64,000 nucleotides of DNA from the human T2T-CHM13v2.0 reference genome, Homo sapiens, in assembly GCF_009914755.1 (NCBI RefSeq), contig NC_060935.1; one strand, given 5' to 3'. The notes beneath the pieces are model-generated. The model was not told the DNA's origin, did not search any database, and saw only the letters and a list, made by a program, of their open reading frames with translations. A program made the position numbers and the translations under genes. Below, in pieces: positions 57,042 through 64,000 of this stretch. Each line of letters opens with the position of its first letter. Positions within the stretch are counted from its first letter, which is position 1.

Positions 57042-57427
57042 CAGCCTAGTGCAGCCTAACAATTTTGGGTCAATGATGGACCACATATACAAAGGTGGTT
57101 CCATAAGATTATAATGGAGCTGAAAATTTCCTATCACCTAGTGATGTTGTAGCCATGATAATGTCGTAGGGCAATGCATTACATTTTCTACATTTATATA
57201 TGATTAGTTAGATAACAAATACCATTGTGTTACAATTGCCTACAGTATTCAGGGCAGTAGCCTGCTGAACAGGTTTGTTGGCTTGGAGCAATAGGATATA
57301 CCATATACTCTAGGTGTGTGCCACCTAGGTTTGTTTGTAAGTACACTCTATGATATTCACATAACTAAAATTGCCTAAGGACGCATTTCTCAGACTGTAT
57401 CCCTGTTGTTTAAAAGACGCATAACTG
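57042..57427 (+). mobile_element. Tigger3/MER7-type TcMar DNA transposon in PLEKHB1 intron 6
   Basis: CAG...CTG termini flanked by TA; CCATAAGATTATAATGGAGCTGAAAA and GACGCATTTCTCAGA motifs. Confidence 0.8.
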
Positions 57428-57881
57428 TATTTTAGTTACTTCTCATCCCTATCCTTCCTTTCCCTTCCTTCCTCCCCAACCCCTGTTTATTTCCTGGGCC
57501 TGGGGCTTGGCCATGTTCCCCTCCTTGTGACTAGTAGAGCTGGGTCTTTCAAGTGGCATTATTGTAGAGCTGCTAGCAAATATTAGACTACCTATAAGGA
57601 GAAATTGGGAGCCATAGAGAATTTTTTGAGCTAGGTGGGAGGCCAGAGTTGGAGAATGGGTGTCACTGGGAGCTGGATGTAGGGCAGAAGTTTTAGAGGA
57701 CCGTGGACCTTGTGGGGAGGGCAGGGCCTTTCTCCAAGAGCTTGCTAGTGGCTGGAGGCCCATTTCTAAACTTGGGGAGGTGGCTCCATGGATCCCAGAG
57801 AGGCCTGTGCCAGGCGTGGGGGTAGGGGACCAAATCCGGGCCAGGGAGTTCCTGGGCACCTGACATGGTTGGATTCCCCAG

Positions 57882-57981
57882 GTGCGCGTCTACAGCCCGT
57901 ACCAAGACTACTACGAGGTGGTGCCCCCCAATGCACACGAGGCCACGTATGTCCGCAGCTACTACGGACCGCCCTACGCAG
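57882..57981 (+). CDS. PLEKHB1: PLEKHB1 exon 7 (VRVYSPYQDYYEVVPPNAHEATYVRSYYGPPYA)
   Basis: Acceptor ttccccAG and donor GTAAGT; 100 nt; Tyr/Pro-rich segment. Confidence 0.96.
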
Positions 57982-58235
57982 GTAAGTCTCCAGCGTGCCC
58001 CGGGGCTTGCCTCGATCCAGCACCGATTCAGCGCCAGGCCCAGCCCACGGTCCGTAAGTCCGGACCAGGCTTCATCCTTTTAGCGTGCACGGATTTTCCC
58101 AGGCAGAACTCTCCGCAAGCCCCTCTCCATCCTGAGACTGGGAGAGCTCTGGAACCAGCGTTCGTCTCGAGCGGACCTCACCCTTCTGGGATGGCTCCTC
58201 AGCCCTGCGGTCGGCAATACCCATTCCTGAGCCGG

Positions 58236-58254
58236 TAGCGGCCCCTGGTGGCTA
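58236..58254 (-). promoter_or_regulatory. Candidate CTCF site
   Basis: Minus strand reads TAGCCACCAGGGGCCGCTA, 17/19 match to the consensus TGGCCACCAGGGGGCGCTA. Confidence 0.5.
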
Positions 58255-58594
58255 CTGCGGGAATGCTGCCTCCTCCCCGCTCTGGGGCCTGGCGGTTGGG
58301 AATGCCCATCGTTAGGCGCCTGGTGGTTGTGCTTAGCGATCTCAGGGTTTCCTCGCTGCTCCGCCCTAGCCTGCCGTAGCGGGCCCGTAGGTTCCGGGAC
58401 ATCCGTAGCCGATCCAAGGCCTGGGAGCCGTAGGGTGGAGCTCTTCCCGCGTCTAGATCTGTTCTTTGACTGGGGAGCAGGAGAGTGGGTTCGGCGCCTT
58501 ACACTGGGTTGGGCTGGAGTGATGCAGGAAGGGTACGAAGATCACTCTACTCCCTCCTAAGTCGCTGATCCTCATGGGCTGTCTCCCTCTGCAG

Positions 58595-58731
58595 GCCCTG
58601 GCGTGACGCACGTGATAGTGCGGGAGGATCCCTGCTACAGCGCCGGCGCCCCTCTGGCCATGGGCATGCTTGCGGGAGCCGCCACTGGGGCGGCGCTGGG
58701 CTCGCTCATGTGGTCGCCCTGCTGGTTCTGA
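58595..58731 (+). CDS. PLEKHB1: PLEKHB1 exon 8 coding part with C-terminal hydrophobic anchor (...LAMGMLAGAATGAALGSLMWSPCWF*)
   Basis: Acceptor ctctgcAG; TGA at 58729-58731; all exons sum to 732 nt = 243 aa + stop. Confidence 0.96.
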
Positions 58732-59945
58732 GCCCTGGGACTCGGAGCACTGACCCCTGCGCTTGGATTGCTAGACTCCTCTTCCTCCTGGACCCCATCC
58801 TCTACCATCCAAGCCCTGTCCCACTTTGGCCCTATCCTCTCCATTAGCTCCTTCCGGGTTTGGACCATTCCCCCCACTCCCTACCCTTAATCCCCACATG
58901 GGAAGAAGCTATCATCACAGGTACAAACATCGCTTGAAGTCTTCACATCTACCACTAGACACCCCCAAAATCTGTTATAGACATTTATGGATACATTTCC
59001 TCTAAACACAACAGGGCACAGCAAATACGACTTCATTTGGCTTCGAGTTCCCCAGGCGCTGTAGACACAACATGAATCGGGCTCTCTGCTCTCTCCTTAG
59101 GGAGCTCGAGTCCTGGTGGGGAGAACAGGAGTAAACAAGGACTTGACAAAGCTGAAGAGTTATCAGTCCTTTGACAAGGACAGGTGGGGCAGGGAGCAAG
59201 ACAGGTAGGCTGGAAGAACAGTTATTGGCAAGTATGCAGAGCCGTGAACGTCATGGCATGTCCAAGGAATTAAATGGGAGTTCATTTGGGCTGGGGTGGA
59301 GGCTGGGATCAGACCGTGGTGGGCCTTCAAGCTAAGGAGCTTCCTAGGTGAAAGGGGAGATGTGAGCCTTCTCTGGAGGGAAGTTTCATGATTGCATCTA
59401 TAATGAATATATTGCCTGTTTTGTGAATACTGACACATGTCCATACCTAAAACACTCCTGAGTTAAGTCCCATCCTTCCCACAAACAGCTTCCTGGCTGG
59501 TACCCATGATAACAATTGAGCTGAACCTGGGGACCCCTGGTTGGGGAACAGGTGAGTTCTATTTGAGACTTCCAGCCCTAGAAAGCTGCCTCCGTCCAGA
59601 AATGCCTCTCACACCAGGAGCTCGGCCCTCTCTTTGTAGCTGTGACTGTCACCCTCTCAGGCTTTGTCTCATCCTTCATTCTGAATAAGATGGCAGTGTT
59701 CTCCTCTGGGGCCTGATCCACCTCTACACCAGCCCAGGAAGCCCCATCTGTGCCTGCCCTCAGGTGGTCCACCAGTCTCCCCCTTTGGTTCCCTTCCAGT
59801 CTCTTCCCCCTTTCTATCCCAATCACCAATAGAAATGCTAACATCCCTGCCTGGTAGCCAGACTAGCCCACTAAAGCTCCCCTGTAAATGGGGGCTCCAT
59901 TAGTTCTGCTGCCGAGACTAATAAAGATTTGGTTGGCTCTAGCAG
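58732..59945 (+). other. PLEKHB1: PLEKHB1 3' UTR (end approximate)
   Basis: Unique sequence between the stop codon and AATAAA, followed by a GT/T-rich downstream element. Confidence 0.8.
59920..59925 (+). terminator. PLEKHB1: Polyadenylation signal AATAAA
   Basis: AATAAA with tgtggcttgctttgtt about 25 nt downstream. Confidence 0.85.
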
Positions 59946-60359
59946 TAACTGTGGCTTGCTTTGTTCCCCCAGAAGGCCCTGTTTCCCTCTCCATGATCCA
60001 GCAGCTACTAGTGCCTTCACTGGTCTAGTGAAAAAGAGTGTGGATTCTGAGATCAGTTGGAACTGGTGACAGCATATTAGCTGAGTCATTTGGGGCAAGT
60101 CACTTAACCTTTCTGGATTTTGTTTTCCCTACACTTAAGGTAGCTGGTTGAAGTTGACCATTCCTGAGGGCTCAAGAGGAGGGACTGCCTTGGAGTCTCT
60201 GTTGTCTGAGCTGATGGATGATCCAAGCCAGGTCCTGCCTGCTTTCTGAGAATCCTGTTCATGTTGGAGTCTTTTCCAGTAGGTTCCCATCCTTCTAGAG
60301 TTGAATCAATGAATTGTTCTCATAGAAAACCAGGTGGTCAGGAAAGGAAACACCATCAT

Positions 60360-60845
60360 CCTGCATCAGGCCTCTTGGGGCTGTCAGATAGAAACTCCCT
60401 GTTCAAACTGATTTAAGCCAAAGGGAAAAGGTTAAGCCACATAACTGAGAAGTCCAAGAGCTGTGTGATCCAGGGGCTCAAAGAGTGTCACTTAGACTTT
60501 GCTTTGTTTCCATCTTTACACCTGCAGGGCTGGCTCATTTGGAAGCTGCAGTGATGTTCAGCAGCTCCAGGCTAATGCCCTCCTGAGTTCAAGTCCAACC
60601 AAGAGAATTTCTCTTCCTCTAACAGTATGACTGAAAGTCCTGGGCCTGGTAGACATCAGTCTAAATTGGGTCCTGTGGCCATCCCTGCATCAACCCCAGT
60701 GGTCTGGAAACGGATGGTCTAAAATAACAGGGCTTACAGCAGGGGTGGGATGGTGTCCCAGAGGAAATTCAGGGCACTGTTCCCAGAAGTAGGATGAATA
60801 GATGAAAGCTGGTTGGCAAAAATATCAGGTATTCACCTCAGCCAC
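60360..60845 (-). mobile_element. Old MLT1 (K/L-like) LTR
   Basis: CAAACTGATTTAAGCCAAAGGG...ATAACTGAGAAGTCC, typical of reverse MLT1. Confidence 0.5.
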
Positions 60846-61481
60846 AGTTCCAGAGACACCAACTTAGAGGTGAGACATGTATAAAAACAGCAATGATTGA
60901 ATGAAGTTACAGAGGAACGTGGTGCAGTTGGAGCTCTGAAGAGGAGGCATGCAACTCTGCCAAGGGAACTAGGGAAAGCTTTGGGACAGGAAGTGGAAAT
61001 TTATTTTGAACCTTGAAAAATGAGTAGGAGTTTGCCAATCTGAAAAAGTTGGGAGAGCTTTCCACACAGAGAACAGATGGAAGAAATGGTATGAGCAAAG
61101 GCATTAGAGGCTTGAGAGCACCCTGAAGTTCAGGAACCAGTCTCATGCTATAGCAGGTCGCATGGTGAGAGGTGGTGGATGAGGTCAAACTATAAGGAAC
61201 CTCTTGGGCCAGGCTACTGAACACAGGGCATAGTCCAGTATGTGGCCCCGGCTTAAGGACAAGCATGGATGCAAGAGGAGCCTCTTGAGAAAACCAAGGT
61301 CTGTTAGCATTTGTGCAGTCAGAGGTTACATACCCTGGGTATCCTAAGGCCTGTACTGTGTTCAGGGGACCCAGCAGTGCATCAGACCCAGTCCATGCTT
61401 TGGAACTTCAGCCTTAATTTTTTCTTTTGTTTTGCTCCCCTCCTTTCTCCTCCTCACAGCCTTAATTTTTTCTATTTTTGT

Positions 61482-61660
61482 CTTTCCTCCTCCCCTCCCC
61501 TCCCTTCCCCTCCCTTCCCCCTCCCTTCCCTTCCCTTCCCCTCCCCCCCTCCCCCTCCCCTTCCCCTTCCATTTCCTTCCCTTCCCTTCCCTTCCCTTCC
61601 CCTCCCCCACTCCCCCCTCCCCCTCCCCTTCCCCTTCCCTTTCCTTTCCTTCCCTTCCTT
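61482..61660. repeat. Polypyrimidine (CCCTT/CCCCT)n tract, the decayed tail of the Y1 retrocopy
   Basis: Almost pure C/T; lies between the Y1 3' end and its TSD. Confidence 0.92.
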
Positions 61661-61753
61661 TGCAGCAGTGAGAAGTGGGGAGAGAGAACAGAGTTTGATC
61701 TGTAACTGACTATGAACAGTCAATTGAGATAACTCACTACCTTCAGCCCAGCC
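61661..61753 (-). pseudogene. Y1 RNA (RNY1-like) retrocopy, 3'-truncated
   Basis: Minus strand reads GGCTGGGCTGAAGGTAGTGAGTTATCTCAATTGACTGTTCATAGTCAGTTACAGATC..., matching hY1; TSD TCAGCCTTAATTTT (61408-61421 and 61754-61767). Confidence 0.93.
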
Positions 61754-63650
61754 TCAGCCTTAATTTTCTCCCAGATGGACCCAGTTACCCTGTCAGTCCT
61801 TTAGTGGCATCCCCATTACGCCATCTCATTAGAGGGTGTCCTGCATGCTCCTGCAGGGACATCTCTGAGTTTGGCTCTGGGAATGACCTTTCCTCTTACT
61901 CTCCGGCACAGTCTCAGGACTTTTAGAGATCAATATGTAGGAAGAGCCCAAGCTATCTAGAGTCCTTTCCCAAGAATGTGGGTTAAACAAGGATCAGGGA
62001 GCTGGCTGGGCAGGGCATTTGAGATCAGACAGAGCTGGGGACATTGCCATTCATTGCCCAAAGCTTCCCCTGCTTTATCTCATAGGTCTTTGCAACAACC
62101 CCATGGGCCTGGTGTTACTATTCTTATTTTACCTACAAAGAAACAGATGCAGAGAAGGAAAGTAGATTGTCCAAGTCATGCATGCTGTGTCAGAATCTGG
62201 ATTCAAATGCAGGTCACTTGACCTTGTCTACCACACCACACTGCTTCTGCACTATAAATCCTGTGTGGCTCATTACCTGGCAGGAAAGTAATTCCCAGAG
62301 AGGAGGTCAACTGTATAACACAAATATCTCTTCTCTTTTCCTTTAGCAAATGCTTTCCTGAGAAGTTTTGTTGGCAGACAGGGCTGAGAGCTGGGTACTG
62401 GAAGATGAATGAGATTTGGGCCCTACATTCAAGGAGTTTGTGCATGTGCGTGCGTGCGTGTGTGTGTGTCTGTCTGTCTATCCCAGACATGGGCACAGAC
62501 TATGACAACATGGGCTGTGGGAACTGGTAGCCCTGAGGCTGTAGGGTCACAGAGAAAGCAGCCCTTAACTCAGGTATGGGTGGAAGTGTCTTAAGCTAGA
62601 TGTAAAGACAAATGCTCTTCCAACTATCGTCTTGTGGGAGTTGCTAACTTAGATGAAGAGGAAACAAGAACTAAAGCAGCACTCAGTGCCGAGAGTTCTC
62701 TGGGTGAGGCTGGATCTGCAGTGTGATGGGTGGAAACGGGGGTCAGCAAGGTCAAACCGTCAGGGGCCTTGGATGCCAGGGAAGGAGCTTGAACTATATA
62801 CTAACTTCCAGGCCATGGAATGCCTCCAAAAAATTTGAAGCAAAGGAAGGACATGGTTGAACCTGGAAGTTCGATCTCACACACACAAAAACAGACATTC
62901 ATTCTCATAGACAACATGGTCTCAACCCAGACAAAACCATCTCTGCAAACTGTCTGAGCAGCCCAGGTACTGCCTGGCCACTCATAGCCAGCTCACTGGG
63001 GGTGCTCAACTCCACATCCATTCCTGAGACCACCTGCCTCCATCAGCCCCTACTAGAGGAGATTCTGTAGATAGCAAGGGTCTGTGGCACTCTGAGCATC
63101 CTGGCAGTGAGCACTTCTCCAAAATCAGGTATATGACTCAGTCTCAGAACTAGAGCCCTACATTCAGAATACCTGGCTGGATATGACCCTCGATGCCCTC
63201 TAAAATGGATTTGTCTCCCCTTTGCCCCACCTGAAAGGGACCATGCTACTGCTTTCTGCCACCCATAGGGACTGGGAGTACTCTTACCCTTTCCCTTTCC
63301 TGCCCTTGTGGGATAGCTCAGTCTGTGAGACCTCCTTCCTCAGGAGTTGAGATCTACCTCCTGAGAACTCCCAGGGTTGGGTCCCAGATTTACTTCTGAC
63401 CTCAGATCAGTGTTCCCCAACCTTAGAATTTCCCACAGAGGTTTGCAGACATCTTAAGTGGTCATCAGGAGACTTCATTGTCAGAATCATGGTCCAATCA
63501 GTCTATCACCCTTAAACCTGAAGCACAGAACCCTGAGGTTTGACCCTTTCTAGGTTGGTCACGAGCCTTGGGGATGGAGAGGGGTAACAAGCTAAGGCCA
63601 GGATATGCTTAGGCAGGAACATATACTGAATATAGAAAGAGTTCCAACTA

Positions 63651-63999
<349 letters not shown>

Positions 64000-64000
64000 C

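Larger units (their letters stand above)
57860..58745. promoter_or_regulatory. Intragenic CpG-rich island over exon 7, intron 7 and exon 8
   Basis: High GC content and dense CpG, including the non-coding intron 7. Confidence 0.7.

Noticed and set aside
57966-57977. GPPY as a Nedd4-family WW-binding PY motif
   Set aside because: It does not fit canonical PPxY or LPxY

Overview
Primate (very likely human, chr11q13 region) genomic DNA. The only intact protein-coding gene is PLEKHB1 (evectin-1/PHR1) on the + strand. Its eight coding exons (ATG 43737 to TGA 58731) splice by GT-AG into a 732-nt, 243-aa ORF. It has a second, non-coding first exon in a GC-rich promoter near 44.6-44.87 kb, an in-frame cassette exon 6, and a polyA signal at 59920. 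The upstream ~42 kb is very repeat-rich: about 60 Alus, L1/L2/MIR remnants, MaLR and ERV LTRs, a decayed HERV-L gag-pro-pol fragment, and a solo LTR22-like element inside an Alu. Three retrocopies are hidden among the repeats: a heavily decayed CTAGE5/MIA2-type processed pseudogene (~36.9-38.7 kb), a BC200 (BCYRN1) copy (41561-41717) and a Y1 RNA copy (61661-61753). Other notable items are two short locally templated duplications, out-of-frame upstream ORFs from both first exons that end at one stop just before Met20, and a convergent pair of CTCF-like motifs. I found no convincing new biological system. Family assignments rest on remembered consensus sequences, not on database searches.
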